Assembly (NCBI RefSeq): GCF_006345805.1
Contig: NC_043000.1
Coordinates: 160,394,001-160,458,000 of the forward strand
From: Octopus sinensis
Lineage: Eukaryota
Length of the DNA: 64,000 bases
Direction of reading: 5' to 3'
The notes beneath the pieces are model-generated. The model did not search any database. It was not told the DNA's origin and saw only the letters and a program-made list of their open reading frames with translations. A program made the translations under genes and the position numbers. Of this stretch, positions 27,545 through 40,844 are shown one piece after another. How positions within the stretch are numbered: the stretch's first letter is position 1; the number at the start of each line of letters is the position of its first letter.

Positions 27545-29400
27545 TATATATGCTATAATATGTGCATTTGTGTGCGCGAGCGTGAAAATATACATGAAAT
27601 CCAGAAATATAGGGAACCAGTTATGCGTTTGTGAGTGTGTGCGTGTTTTCTTGTGTGTGGGAATTGCTTGTGTATATGAGTATGTATAAAGAGAAAAACA
27701 CATACTCGAGAGTAAAATTTAGTTTTGAGATTAGGAATCCTCACTAAACGCAAAGTAGCAACAGGGAGTAAATTTGGTATTAAGTGCAATAAGAATAATC
27801 ACATTCTAGTTTTGTATTGCTTAATGTTACCCGTCTGCATAAATTCAAACGTTCACTGAAGTACATACATAAGCACACACACACACAAACACACACACAC
27901 ACACACACACACAGCCATATACACACACTTACACACACGTACACACACACACACGTAAACATTGACGTGGCTGAGTGTGTACGTGTGCGTGCGCCTGTGT
28001 TTTCAGTAATGTTGTAGGCACCTAAATACTACCTTTGATTGAGTAGGTAAATAAATATAGACATAGATAAATATTCATATATCAATAGAGCTATCGACTT
28101 TCTGATAACTTCAGTACCGAAAATCTTTTGTAAAATAGGCGTGTCTGATTACTGCCAACTAACAGTTGTTAGAATTGCTAAGTCTCATGTCAGTCCAAAT
28201 GCATATATTACACGTGACTGTCTCGCCTTTATTTTCACCACACCCATTCTATGTACATAAACATAGCGTTGGATTTGGTGATATCGAAAAAAATGTACCC
28301 GTCAATATTATGTATGTGTGTACGTGCGCTTAGGTGTATGTGTATATACAGAGATGTAAAATAAAGCTGAAATAATGAATGTTAGATGGTTCTGCCACCA
28401 CAAAGTAGTATATAACATAGTATATAAACAAACCTTAGAAAATGAACGAAGAAACATGAAAACTTGTTTGATTATCAAGAGATCACATTTGCTTCAGCTT
28501 TAGAGTTCTGCAACTCATCATGGCAGAGATATTTCCAGATTAATACCACTTGCTTAAGCTCTACAAAATCTTGTGAACCTGAGTGGAGATTGCAAGAACA
28601 TGCTAGCAAGTCTAAGATGGAGAACAGTACTTCAGCTGCACATTGTTGCAAGATTCAGTGATGTATATGGGTAGAAGAACAATGTTGTCCGTCAGTTAGT
28701 TGATCGAGAATTTTGGGAAACGGATAAATATTTGAACTTGCTGCATATCATTTTCATTAAATGTTTCCTGAACCAGGGAGAATTTAACTGAAAATCCTGG
28801 AAAATGCGTCACATGACTGACTCAGTGGAGGAAGTGTGATGTGTAGAGGAGTTATTGGTCGCAGCCAGTTTACTGCCACATTGAAAGCTTCCAGAATAAA
28901 ACGTTGTATGTAAAGATGAAAACAAATTCATTAAATAATTGATGTTCCAAATGGAGGATCCTAATAACGAATTCAAGAACAGTCGTAAGAATGAACAACA
29001 ACCGATATTACTGACGTTTCTTGCAAGAATGATGCTCAACAGTTTGAAAAACATATCACTAGTTATAAATTGTTCATTGAAGACTGGTTTTCAGCAAAAA
29101 GCTATCCACTGATTCCCGATCATAGTTCAATGGACGAACAGGCACACACATTTGCACACATGCACGCATACACACACACACTCTCACACACACGCACACC
29201 AACACCACCACCTCCACCACAACACCACCATACCACCACACACATCACCACCACACCACATATACACACATCACCACCACACCACATATACACACAATCA
29301 CGCAACACACACATGCACACCCACGATGTCATACATGCATATATGCATGCATGTATGTATGTATGTTGTATGTATGTATGTATGTATGTATGTATATATG

Positions 29401-29434
<34 letters not shown>

Positions 29435-29754
29435 TGTATATATGTAAGTATGTAAGTATGTATTGCTGCAGGCCTGTCATGTATAAAAGTGCAAGACGTC
29501 TGCCAGTCATTCGATGTTTGAAAATGGACAAATATTTGAACTGGTTGCATAGCATTTTCACAAGGTGTTTTCTACGTATGTATGTATATATGCATACAAT
29601 CAGCAGACAACGCCGTAAAGAAATCGATAATATACATGAAACAACAGTATGTCACACATATAGACACTCCTGCACTCTCACGCACATTACCCGTATACAC
29701 GCAGATACACATCCACACCCACATACTGATGCGCACGTTTTATATTCTCTTCTA

Positions 29755-30360
29755 CTCTAGGCACAAGACCCGAAAGTTCTGGGGAGGGGGGCAATCGCTT
29801 AGATCGATCCTAGTACCAATTGGTACTTAATTTATTTACCCCAAAAGGATGAAAGGCAACGTCAACCGCGGCGGAATTTGAACTCAGAACGTAAAGACAG
29901 ACGAAATACCGCTATGCGTTTCGCAGGGGCGTGCTAATGTATCTTATTTCTTTATTGCCCACAAGGGGCTAACCATACAGGGGATAAACAAGGACAGGCA
30001 AAGGGATTAAGTCGATTACATGGACCCCAGTGTGTAACTGGTACTTAATTTATCGACCCCGAAAGGATGAAAGGCAAAGTCGACCCCGGCGGAATTTGAA
30101 CTCAGAACGTAGCGGCAGACGAAATACCTATTTCTTTACTACCCACAAGAGGCTAAACACAGAGGGGACAAACAAGGACAGACAAACGGATTATGTCGAT
30201 CATATCGACCCCAGTGCGTAACTGGTATTTAATTTATCGAACGAAAAATGACGAAGGGCAAAGTCGACCTCGGCGGAATTTGAGCTCAGAAGGCAACGGC
30301 AGACGAAATACGGCTACGCATGTCGCCGGGCGTGCTAACGTTTCTGCCAGCTCGCCGCCC
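29755..30360 (-). mobile_element. Three fused family-B SINE units
   Basis: One complete unit (30127-30360) is joined tail-to-body to two headless units (29940-30130 and 29755-29940). Confidence 0.9.
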
Positions 30361-31856
30361 TACGCGCACGTCTTATATTGCATAAAAAATGTAGTACCAA
30401 TTTTGTCCTTTCGAGATGCTCTCCACTTTCACTGTGTGTCGTACGTTTATTAGTTTCTTCTAAAATTGTAAATTGCTTGCTTTATATTACAGATGCCAAT
30501 CCAAATAAAAAAGATACCTTTTTTTTGTATCATTTTTATTGCTTTTTTCTTTAACAATTTTTTTGTCGAAACCTTATTTACGTCAACCCTCTAGCATTTA
30601 AACAGGCCATATCACACTCAGTTAATCTCACCTGTCTATTGTTCAAGCCAGTCAGATCTGGATTCTCCCACCTATGTAGTTAAAAAAATAAACACTACTA
30701 TCATTAAAATCTCAGCGCTACGAGGTAATGTATGATTAATAATGTGAATTAATTTTCATTATTGATACTGTAATCTGAATGACAAAGGGTTAAATTTCAC
30801 CTTAATTACCTCTTCATCCAAATTTTCTGAGGTGGCATTCGAAGAATGGAATATATTTCGTTTTTATGTAAGACTCTAGACCACCCAGATATAAGAGTCA
30901 CATTCTTGAATTCAGTAACCGATTGATTGGTATATCCTATTAGACTGACTTGTTGCTCCAGCCTGAGATTAATAAATGCCGAGAAAAAAAATTAATAAGT
31001 CTATTGAAAATGTTTTCATAAAATATTATCTTGCAAGTCAGAACTGCTAAAATTAAAATAAATATCAAACAAAAATAATGTGTATATCAATACTGTTTGT
31101 CCAGCCGAGTATAATCATTAAACAGTAAGAGCTACAGTGATATTCCCATGATGCACGATGATAAATTACTGTTCTAACATTACATAGTTAATATTAAATT
31201 GTAGCTTATCATAAAATACAAATATCTAACAATTTATTATCATAGATCTGACGGACAAACATCATCAAAATACAGACATTGGCACTCTTTGAAATGAATA
31301 AATTCATCACTTTGCTCTTGTCAGACATAAAAATAAAGTGGGGAAAAACTGGTGCACGGAAAATGAGAGGTTAAAATAATAATTATAAAGTAGCTGCAAA
31401 TCAGTTAGAGTGTTTTTTCTAGTCAGTAGTTGAGCGAAGTTGAAGCAAAGATCATTAGAAAAAAGACTGGCTCAGTTCAACAAGACCCAAGTTGTTTAAG
31501 CATGGCAGATATTGATTTTAAAGTATCGAAAACTAGAGGAACCGAGGCAAAATTTATAGTCTGTGCCAGAAATACTAATGCGTAACCGAACAAACAATTC
31601 ATATACGCATTAAGAAATTCTGGTCTTCAGATTTTATTACCTACAGTCTTATATAACAGGCGATCGAATCACTTCTGCATTAACATGCGTATTTATATAT
31701 TAAAAGTTGAACATCTCTTAAATATATAAATTCTCAGATATGAAAATATATTAGGAGACATTTGGAATCCCAATTAATATTCCTTGAACCTTTACTCATA
31801 GTTTTTGTATCAGTCAGTTTTAATCTCTCTTCCATTCTCTCTCCGGTCATATATAT

Positions 31857-32061
31857 ATGATGGTAAAAAGTTCCTGGCTTTAAGACTACAGTGACAGGAC
31901 TTGTTGGTGGACTAACCCTCCGAGTTCTTCTACAGAACTTTAAAAAACTGAAGAACAGCTGTGGGAATCTGAGCGGGGAATATGTTGGATAAAATCATAA
32001 TTAACTGACCCGCATCTATTTTCTGTTACCAAAAGCCAAGAATTTTTCAGCATCCCTCGCG
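31857..32061 (+). mobile_element. Mariner-derived ~200-bp MITE or deletion derivative
   Basis: Imperfect TIRs GATGGTAAAAAGTTCCTGGCTTT and AAAGCCAAGAATTTTTCAGCATC (19 of 23), TA flanks. The interior retains the transposase end (...GGGGAATATGTTGGATAA, GEYVE-like). Confidence 0.7.
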
Positions 32062-32089
32062 TATATACATACAAGCTTACACACACACA

Positions 32090-32169
<80 letters not shown>

Positions 32170-32599
32170 CCCTGCTCGTATGGTTGTGTGTAGAAGAATA
32201 TATTAATGAAATTCCAACTAGGTATGATTTCCACATTTTACTATTTGAAACTTTTACAATTTTGCAATATTCAAATAAACAAGTACTTTCACCTGTTACG
32301 CAGTCATCAGGTGTAGCGACAATCATGTTCCACAAGTGATAGTTCTTTGTTCCACAATTACAAATAGTAAGACTTGAAAATCAGACCTAGTAGGAATTTT
32401 ATTGAATAACATATTCTTCTATACCCAACCATACAAACTAGGATATATATCTATATTTTTATATGCCACCATGTTTGGAAAGCAACAGATGAAATCATCA
32501 GAATCAGAAAGAATTCTAAAGGAAATATCATCGTAATTATCAGCATTCATGTCGATGTTTGGCACTCAAACCTCTTTCTTGCAAGAAATAGAATAACAG

Positions 32600-33300
32600 C
32601 CTACAGACGGTAAACGAGGGAGTGAACACATAAACTCTGAAATTAAGAAATTGTATGAATTTGTACCGACAATTATAAAAGCTACAAGAGAAAGTCTACC
32701 ACAACCACCTAGGATGCTAGAACTCAACGAAAGAAATTTAGAGAAAGGGACACATCGAAAAAGAAATGATATGTGGAAGACATGGAGAGAACTTATCAAC
32801 ATAAGAAAAGAAAATTTCTAGAAGGCATATAAATGCGAAAAATATGCTGAAATTCATTGTAAATGGATTTCACTAGCTGCACCCGTATTCCAGGAGAACT
32901 GGAGGAGGAGGCAAAACTTCGATGGGAGCTCTTGATGACAAAAATTAAGACCGACATCCCCATTATCATACGTAAACAATCTCGTTAGAAAAAGAAATAC
33001 AAAGGTGTCGATGAAATATCAAAGTTGACGACTGGCAATATACCTGAAGACTATTATAGTATGGATCAGGGATATCTCAAAAGAAGAAAATAGATGTAGA
33101 CAGTTATGGCAGCGGAAAGAATCACTTTTTGATGAATATGCTGTAAATTACGCTAAAATCTCTGCAACAACGAGAAATATAAATAAAAGGGTGCAACGAC
33201 GTAAACGCAAAGGAACACCAGAACACGTTGCTATAGAAACACTCGTTTCACCGTGAATGGAAGACTAACTACGGTAACAGAGATCCCTTTGATTAAGCCA
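32600..33300 (+). pseudogene. Decayed retroelement ORF, probably a PLE N-terminal region
   Basis: Interrupted frames MWKTWRELINIRKENF and RIPGELEEEAKLRWELLMTKIKTDI resemble recalled PLE N-terminal segments. No catalytic motif is present. Confidence 0.35.
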
Positions 33301-33711
33301 TTAGAGATAGAAAAACTAGATCATTTTCAAGATCTCAACAAGGATTACCTATGAGGGAGTGGACAAAGTAAACGGTTTAGATCCCGAAGGGAACCTAGAT
33401 TATCTCCCCAAATTGTTAAAAATAGTACTTACAGTAAAATGTAAAACAACATACAAAACAGGACAAGAAGCATAACGAAACCAATTGAAATACCACGACC
33501 GAAATTCAAAGTTCATCTATCTATCCTCTATTTATCTATCTATCAAACAATCTGCCTGTTTCTATGTACTGATATGTATATCGCTGTAACATAGTTAGTT
33601 ACATAAAGATAAAATCATGCATACAAATGTACATACATTCATGCATATATTAAACAACAACACTCAATTACTGAAGATATTTTCAACAAAAAAATTCTTC
33701 CTTTATTCTTA

Positions 33712-34050
33712 TAGGAGGTGGTATCAAAAAGTTCACAGAGTAGTTCTGTAACGCAGCAACAGATGGCAGCACAAGGTTGCACGCCCAGTGAGAACTAGCA
33801 GTGACCCTCATGAGGCAGCATGCTGAGTGAGATCGCAAATTATGAAACTTGTATTTTTGTGATCACGTGTATGATGCAGTTTGCTATTTTGTCATGAACA
33901 GGAAAAAAATAACCATCGTGAAAATTTGTGTTAAACTTGCGACGTTTGCTACAGAGACACTGAGCATGTTTCGGTACACTTTTAGTGACGCGGTAATGAG
34001 TTAAATGCGAAGTTTTGATTGACACGGGCAATTCGAAAGGTCTTTTGTAC
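33712..34050 (+). pseudogene. Mariner 5' end relic (TIR plus HTH start)
   Basis: TIR-like GAGGTGGTATCAAAAAGTTC, then IVKICVKLATFATETLSMFRYTFSDAVMS, matching IKFCVKLGKSATETxxML. Confidence 0.75.
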
Positions 34051-34893
34051 ATGTATACATTGCCAAACGCACATATCTGAGTCAGTCAAGGGTCGACTAA
34101 CACGTTGGAATCTAACTCCTTTCTGGTAAATTCGCTCCCGATGAAATCGTCAATTAATAAGTTTCAGTATGAAAATTTTAAAATAATTCAATTTTATTTA
34201 ATTTCTCTAATTGAATTAATTATATAAACGGCTGTAGGGAGAAGGGCTTCATATTATACTGATTTGAATATCTTTGCATAAATTGATGTCTATATGTGAA
34301 TTTCTCCATGCATGTATATCTTTATGTGGGTATTGTGCAAAGCCATTTTTCAAACACTACGTTAAAATCAATGAAAGAATTTTCGAATCTCAAGAATTAA
34401 TTCTATTCTATATTACATGTGTACATTTCAATAGCCGGATTTGTTTCTTATCTTGCAAGCTGCCAATTTTCATGTGATAAATTCGGAGAGATAGCTACAG
34501 AAAAAATACATTTATATAGATATACAGGACACACAAACATACACACACATGCACATGGACACACGTACACGTGCACACACGCAAGCACAAAAACACTCAC
34601 ACACACTCGTATGCACCTGTCTATATTCTATATATGCATACATATATAAATACATGTACAAACAAGTATATATAATACCCACACCAACACACACCTACTT
34701 ACAACTATATACACAAACGCGGAAACGCAGGTGCACAAGCACATAGATACTTCAAAGAAAGAATTTGACTAGTATATTTCATTAATAATTTCCCACCAAA
34801 AAGCTGCTGGCCATCTGTCAAAATTTGAAACACTAATGTTATGCTCTCGAACATAAATGTAGTCAATACAGTGTAGAACATAATTGCTTATTT

Positions 34894-35122
34894 ACCTATT
34901 TCTTTATTACCCACAAGGGGCTAAACACAGAGGGGACAAACAAGGACAGACATAGGTATTAAGTCGATTACATCGACCCCAGTGCGTAACTGGTACTTAT
35001 TTAATCGACCCCGAAAGGATGAAAGGCAAAGTCGACCTCGGCGGAATTTGAACTCACAACGTAACGCAGACAAAATACCGCTAAGCATTTCATTCAGTAT
35101 GCTAACGTTTCTGCCAGCTCAG
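34894..35122 (-). mobile_element. Family-B SINE, well preserved
   Basis: Minus strand GAGCTGGCAGAAACGTTAGC...GAGTTCAAATTCCGCCGAGGTCGACTTTGCCTTTCATCCTTTCGGGGTCGAT...AAAGAAATAGGT. Confidence 0.92.
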
Positions 35123-35768
35123 CATACATACTATTGCGATCATATCTCTATATAGCTTCATGTATGAAATATTTCGGCAATGATTTGTATTAGTCGCCAC
35201 GAAATATATACCACCACACGCTTACAAACACTCTGACTAGCACGCAAAGATACACACAAATATATCCATGATCGTTTACTTACATTTATCTCAAAAAATG
35301 TTCAGCACAGTGGAATGCTTAGACATACTAGGGATGCTTGTAATCAGTGACAGCAAATTTAAACTAAAAATATTTATAAAACAAAGGGCATTCAGCGTAT
35401 CTCAATTAAATTAGTGCAGATAATACTTTCGAAAAGACGTTAGGAAAAGATAAATCTGACATGATTTTCTAACACTGACGGATAAAATAAAACTTCTAAA
35501 AGCCCCTGATTACAGCAGCATTTATTGGACGAAAAGTAACATACTTAATATCTCTCGAACAAGCTTAATATCATGTTATCACACGATAATATGCTCAGAC
35601 ACTATATACATGATATAAAATTCGAATCGCGAGGAATTTAATTCAGCTTAAACAAAATACGCATCAACACAAATTGAGTAATCTCTTCTTTCATTAAGAA
35701 CCTGGAAAAATTTGCAAGTGTTTGTATCATAAAGTATATGTATACGCGAGTACACACACACACACACA

Positions 35769-35820
<52 letters not shown>

Positions 35821-35838
35821 TATATATATTCACATATA

Positions 35839-37047
35839 CAGGGTGTCCCAAAAATGTCTATACACTTCAAATAATAAATGATAGAATCTACAGACATTAT
35901 TTTATTGTTTTGTCAACGCTTGTTTTCAAAATGACGTCCGTTCTGGTCAAGACACTGATGACAACGCGAAGCAAAGGAAATGCAAACACCACGAAACGAT
36001 TCGTTTGGTATTTGTGTGCATTCTCGGTCAATAGCTGCTCTTAAATCAGAGACTATTGCAGGTTTGATAGCGTAGACTATCTTTTAGGTATCCCCATTGA
36101 AAGTCTAATGGTGTGAGGTCTGTTGAATGCGGAGGGTATTGTATGAAACCCCTACGTCCAATGCACCTGTTTGGTAAGAACTCATCAGGGAAGGATCTAA
36201 CATCGCTATGGTAGTGTCGGGGTGCCTCATCTTGCTGAACATAAAACTCCTCATCTTCAAAATCTTCTCCAATGCTTGGCATGACAGACTGTTGCAGCAA
36301 ATTCAGGTAAACGGGACCAGTCACAGTAGCGTTAAAGGTCCAATTAATCCTCTTGATGATAAGCCACACCACGCTGTAACTGCTGGTAAATTAGCATAGT
36401 ATTGCACCATAACATACTGATTCTCAGGTTTCCAGCAGGTGCAATTGTGGCGGTTAATTGAACAATTTAATTTGAACGTGGCTTCATCACTCCACGCAAT
36501 TTTTGTTGGAAAGTGTGCATCTTCTGCATATCGTACCAAGTACCACTCGCAATACTGCACTCGTCGGTCCGAATCATCATCATTAATAGCATGGACTAAT
36601 CTTGGAACGTAACTTTTCCATTGACAGTGCTTCAAAATGCGTTGAACAGACTATTTTGATATACCTACCTCACGACTGGCTTGCCCCACAGATTTTCATG
36701 GATTTTCGTGATATGTTTCCAGCACTCCTACTTGCTTTGTAGAGGTTGTCGATGTTAATGGTCTTCCAGAACGCTTCCCGTGGACATTCTGGACAGTTCC
36801 ATCGGCTTGAACCTTACCTCTAATTCGATTGATTGTAAGTCACGTTCGTGGATCTGTTTGAAACTCCCTCCTAATCTTTGCACTTGAACTCTGTTTTCAC
36901 ATTTCCTGTAGCATTTTACAATGAATTTCCTTTGTGAAAAGCGTAGCCTGACTGCCATCATCGATTTTAATGGGTCTAATCTGCAAGAAAAAGCATCTAT
37001 TAGATTATCAGCTGCTAAAGTGTGGATACGTTTTTGGGGACACCCTT
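35839..37047 (-). mobile_element. Near full-length Tc1/mariner element with frameshifted transposase
   Basis: TIRs TA|CAGGGTGTCCCAAAAATGTCTATACACTT and AAGTGTGGATACGTTTTTGGGGACACCCTT|TA. Motifs [28 protein letters not shown] and [20 protein letters not shown]. Confidence 0.92.
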
Positions 37048-37056
37048 TATATATAA

Positions 37057-37128
<72 letters not shown>

Positions 37129-37969
37129 TATATCCCTCTCTTCCTCTCTCTCCTTCGATATATACATGTATTATGTATGTAAGTGTATATATATTCGATT
37201 GCTGTCATTGGAGGAACGAAGTGGTTTTGGTAGAGGAAGTGATAAAAAGAGACACAGAGAAGTAATGAAAATATTAGCAGAGGCAAGGAAAGAAAAGGTT
37301 AATGGTGGATGTGGGAGGAGGAGAAGGGGTTAAAGAGAAACAATGTAGAGTGTGCAGGTGTTAATTCATTAAAGGTAATTAATAAAGAAATTGTAGGATA
37401 AATTTATAAATAATTAATATCGAATGGAAGACAATGCGCAAGAATTGTAAGCAGCGGGTAAACAGGGAAAATTTGCGAGCTTAAGAACACTTGTGGCGAA
37501 GAAATATTGTGAATGTATAAATAAATGAATGAAGAAAAGCATGTGAATTGAATGTAGATGGGTTTCAATAAGCAAATAAAGGAAGGAATCTTTAATTACA
37601 ATACGTTAACTGAAAAAGTACAATTTGGCGTTTGTCTTTTAATTGTTGTTCATTTCCAGCATGGATTCCAGATAATGAAAATTAATTTGTGCTTTAAAGA
37701 GGAAATTGTGACATTAGTAAGTTGGAGCAAGTTTTCACAATTGTATTCTTACTGATAGTGAAACTTAGGGTTTCAAAGTTTGGCAAAGTGCCAGCACTTC
37801 TAGGGAAGGTCCCCATCAGAGTAGTGACGAGAAGCTCGATGCACCCGCTGTCCATCATGTTCATGATTATGTTATCTGCAATACCGATAGTGGTTTTTGA
37901 CATCTTATTTCGAAAGAGATGCTCCTCGGAGGCCTACAGATTCTGAAATACGTCTTAAGAGATAGTATA

Positions 37970-38753
37970 TAAATGGTCTGATCAATAAATATCCGGACTG
38001 TTGCAATAGTAACGACACTAAAGCACGCAGAGTGAAGCAGCTTGGCAATATTGACCTAGCATTATGTTGCGCATGCGCTCTAAGTTGTGATAATGTAGCT
38101 CACTTCCGTTGTTTACAGCAGCGATTGCAAGGAAGGTGTGTAGCGTGTGATGGCTGAAAAGTGAGCGGAAAATCTGCATTAAATTTTTCATCATTTTCGA
38201 CACAATCAAATAATTCTTGAGTAACTGAAACCCGAGTTTCTTTCTGGTCAACTGAAAGCAGTTTTGACACAAATTTGGCCGGCACGCGTCTCATACACAA
38301 ATCTTCAGTGATAATGGACTGAACTGAACCATAACTAATCTGCACATCCTCTGATTCGACAATTTACTCTCACAGCTGAACGCACATCTGCGATGTTTTT
38401 CTCAATTCTGCTGGTTGTAGGTCTCCCAGAACGTTCGTAAATAATGACATTTTTTCGGCAATCTTGGATACGGCTGAAGCATTCGTACACTTGTGTGTGG
38501 CTGATACATTCCTCTCCATACCCTTTCTACAACTTTGCGTAGGCCTCTTTGCAAGTATCACCATGACAATTTTCTCTGTCATGGCCAATGCGACGATCAC
38601 ACGCTACACACGTTCCTTCCAAGCACTGCTGTAAACAGTGGAAGTTAGCTAGAACGTTAAAACTTAGTGCGCCTGCACAGCAGCATTCAAAGTCTTGCAC
38701 ACTTTCGCTTTGTTACTATGGCAATAGTCCGGATACTTATTGATCAGACCTTG
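37970..38753 (-). mobile_element. Internally deleted mariner element with ~45-bp TIRs
   Basis: GGTCTGATCAATAAATATCCGGACTGTTGCAATAGTAAC and GTTACTATGGCAATAGTCCGGATACTTATTGATCAGACCTTG|TA. Interior encodes ISYGSVQSIITEDLCMRRVPAKFVSKLLSVDQKETRV. The DDD domain is missing. Confidence 0.9.
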
Positions 38754-39108
38754 TATAGAAAAGGTGTGATAGGGTAACCTTCACGGACTGAGAGTATAGC
38801 AATCAGTAGTTACATTAAGTTGCCATTCTCCTTAACTACCGAGCAGATGCTTCTGTACCTTGCAGCAATCCATCAGCGGAAAACGGGAAAGAAACCAGCT
38901 GCTGAGAGGAGAGACTTCAAATTTTTCTTTGTTCTCTCTTCTACCACTTTTGCCTTGTTTCTCTCTTTTCGCCCTCTACCCATCTTCTAAAAGCGGTAAT
39001 GGGCAAAACCTCATAATTAACCCATTCCACATCTATGAGCATCTATCCATAATAATATTTATCCTCATTTACACGTACACAAATATATGTTGTAGTAATG
39101 TTATTTTG

Positions 39109-39317
39109 TGTTGTGTCTGGGGAGAGTCATTCTCTTTTAGTGCCTTATTATTTAACACACTCACTGGTAAACCTTTTCAATAGTCAAATCTATTGCAAAG
39201 GTTGCAAGACGCAACGAAAATTTTAGAATATAAAAATAAGAAATAAGTGGAAATTTTACCGGTTAGTGTGTTAAATCATAAGGCACTAAAAGAGAATGAC
39301 TCTCCCCAGACACAACA
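39109..39317. repeat. 63-bp inverted repeat (60 of 63) with an 83-bp spacer; putative PLE termini
   Basis: 39109-39171 is the reverse complement of 39255-39317 with 3 mismatches. Confidence 0.85.
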
Positions 39318-39611
39318 GAATATGCTTCAACACATGTACTCATATAAAGAATTTGCAAACCAAATCCAAAAACGAAATGTTATTTTGAATCTGCTTTGAA
39401 ACTAACAGCTGTTTCCTGATAGTGTGATTCTGTAGTCAAGCTTACTGTGATTTTACATGCATACATACAGTACGCAAAGCACACTGCCTAAATACCAATC
39501 TTGAGAAATTAATCTTCTCAAAACCAGAAAGGAGAAAGCTGATTCGAAGACTACAAATCTAAGCCATCACTGGAATTATATAAATCTGTAAAACTTTCCA
39601 GAAGTTTATAA

Positions 39612-39982
39612 TCTCTCTATATATAAACGGCAGTTTGTCTGTGTGTGTTTCTGTGTGTCTGTCAGGTTGTACCCTCACCCTGACCACGGCTTTCAACCGA
39701 TTCTGATGAAACTTGACACACACATAGCCCAATGTCATAATTCAAAACTAACACAGCGAAAATTTTGAAAAGTTCCCCCAGTTCTGAAAAAAATCGATAA
39801 ATTCGACATGGGGTCGAGAATCAGAAACACAAACTACAGACTGTCTAGGGGACGCAACTCGACCTTTTTAACTAAAAAAAAAATTTACCATAATTTTTTT
39901 CCATTTTTTGGCTATAACTCTCTAAAAATGCTTTATAGTTATTTCCCTTACAAACCCGAGCAACGCCGGGCGATACTGCTAG
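39612..39982 (+). mobile_element. Non-autonomous Helitron
   Basis: 5' A|TCTCTCTATATATAAA, subterminal hairpin CCCGAGCAACGCCGGG (39955-39970), 3' CTAG|T. Inserted at an AT site with no target-site duplication. Confidence 0.88.
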
Positions 39983-40049
39983 TTTAGGTATATATCAGTA
40001 TTTCTAGACATTCAACAAAATGCATTAGAATACATGCATAAAACATGAC

Positions 40050-40128
40050 ATATAAATCTGCACACATATACATACATACATACATACATATATACATACA
40101 TACATACATACAAACATACATACATACA

Positions 40129-40162
<34 letters not shown>

Positions 40163-40310
40163 CATACATACATACAAACATACATACATACATACATACA
40201 TACATACATACATACATACATACATACATACATGCATACATACATACGTACAAACATACATACATACATACATACAGACATACATACATACATATATACA
40301 TACGCACATA
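40050..40310. repeat. (TACA)n tetranucleotide microsatellite
   Basis: Directly visible. Confidence 0.95.
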
Positions 40311-40469
40311 CCCTATTGATATTCTTGAAATTCCAATGAAAGAGGCTTGGATCTAGGTTAGAAACCTGTCCTTTCTCTAGTGTCAAGAAACTTTGAAACC
40401 AAACTAAATAATGGCACACATACAAAGAGGTTGAACTGGTCGGCCTCAACTGAAGATTGGCGGAGAAGT

Positions 40470-40800
40470 AACGAAAGAACACAATGCATGGCTATACATC
40501 CCGCTCGCTAGTAAATAACAAGAGAATTGGAAGGAAGATTAGCCAATTCCTGGACCTGCGATGGATGCATTATAAAATGCCTAGAAGTATATGCATTTGC
40601 TATCCAGGAATAGGAGATAACTACTAAATTCATCATAAAAAGAGGGACAGAGAAACTATCAAACCAGCAGGTTATGATAAAAATGTCGACTTTGCTACAC
40701 CAGTGTGGAAACTATCACCCACATACCCTACCCCTGAGGCATGATATAGCAGCAAAAATTATTTACGATGCTTTCCGCAGAAAGGACTGCCCAGATGTGC
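40470..40800 (+). pseudogene. R4/Dong-like LINE zinc-knuckle relic
   Basis: EVYAFAIQE*EITTKFIIKR, KCRLCYTSVETITHI and LRHDIAAKIIYD match the CRLC..E..HI and RHD motifs of restriction-endonuclease LINEs. Confidence 0.65.
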
Positions 40801-40844
40801 ATACCAGAAACAGAGGAACATCTCAATGAAAACACTCAATGAAG

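Noticed and set aside
28440-29570. Possible further Tc1/mariner scraps, including two similar DKYLN-like ends at about 28725 and 29525
   Set aside because: Suggestive but too decayed to set boundaries or assign a family.
32285-32320. CTGATGA...GAAA on the minus strand
   Set aside because: Stem II is not flush with the core, ACCTG/CAGGT pairing would sequester the core, and there is no stem I or III.
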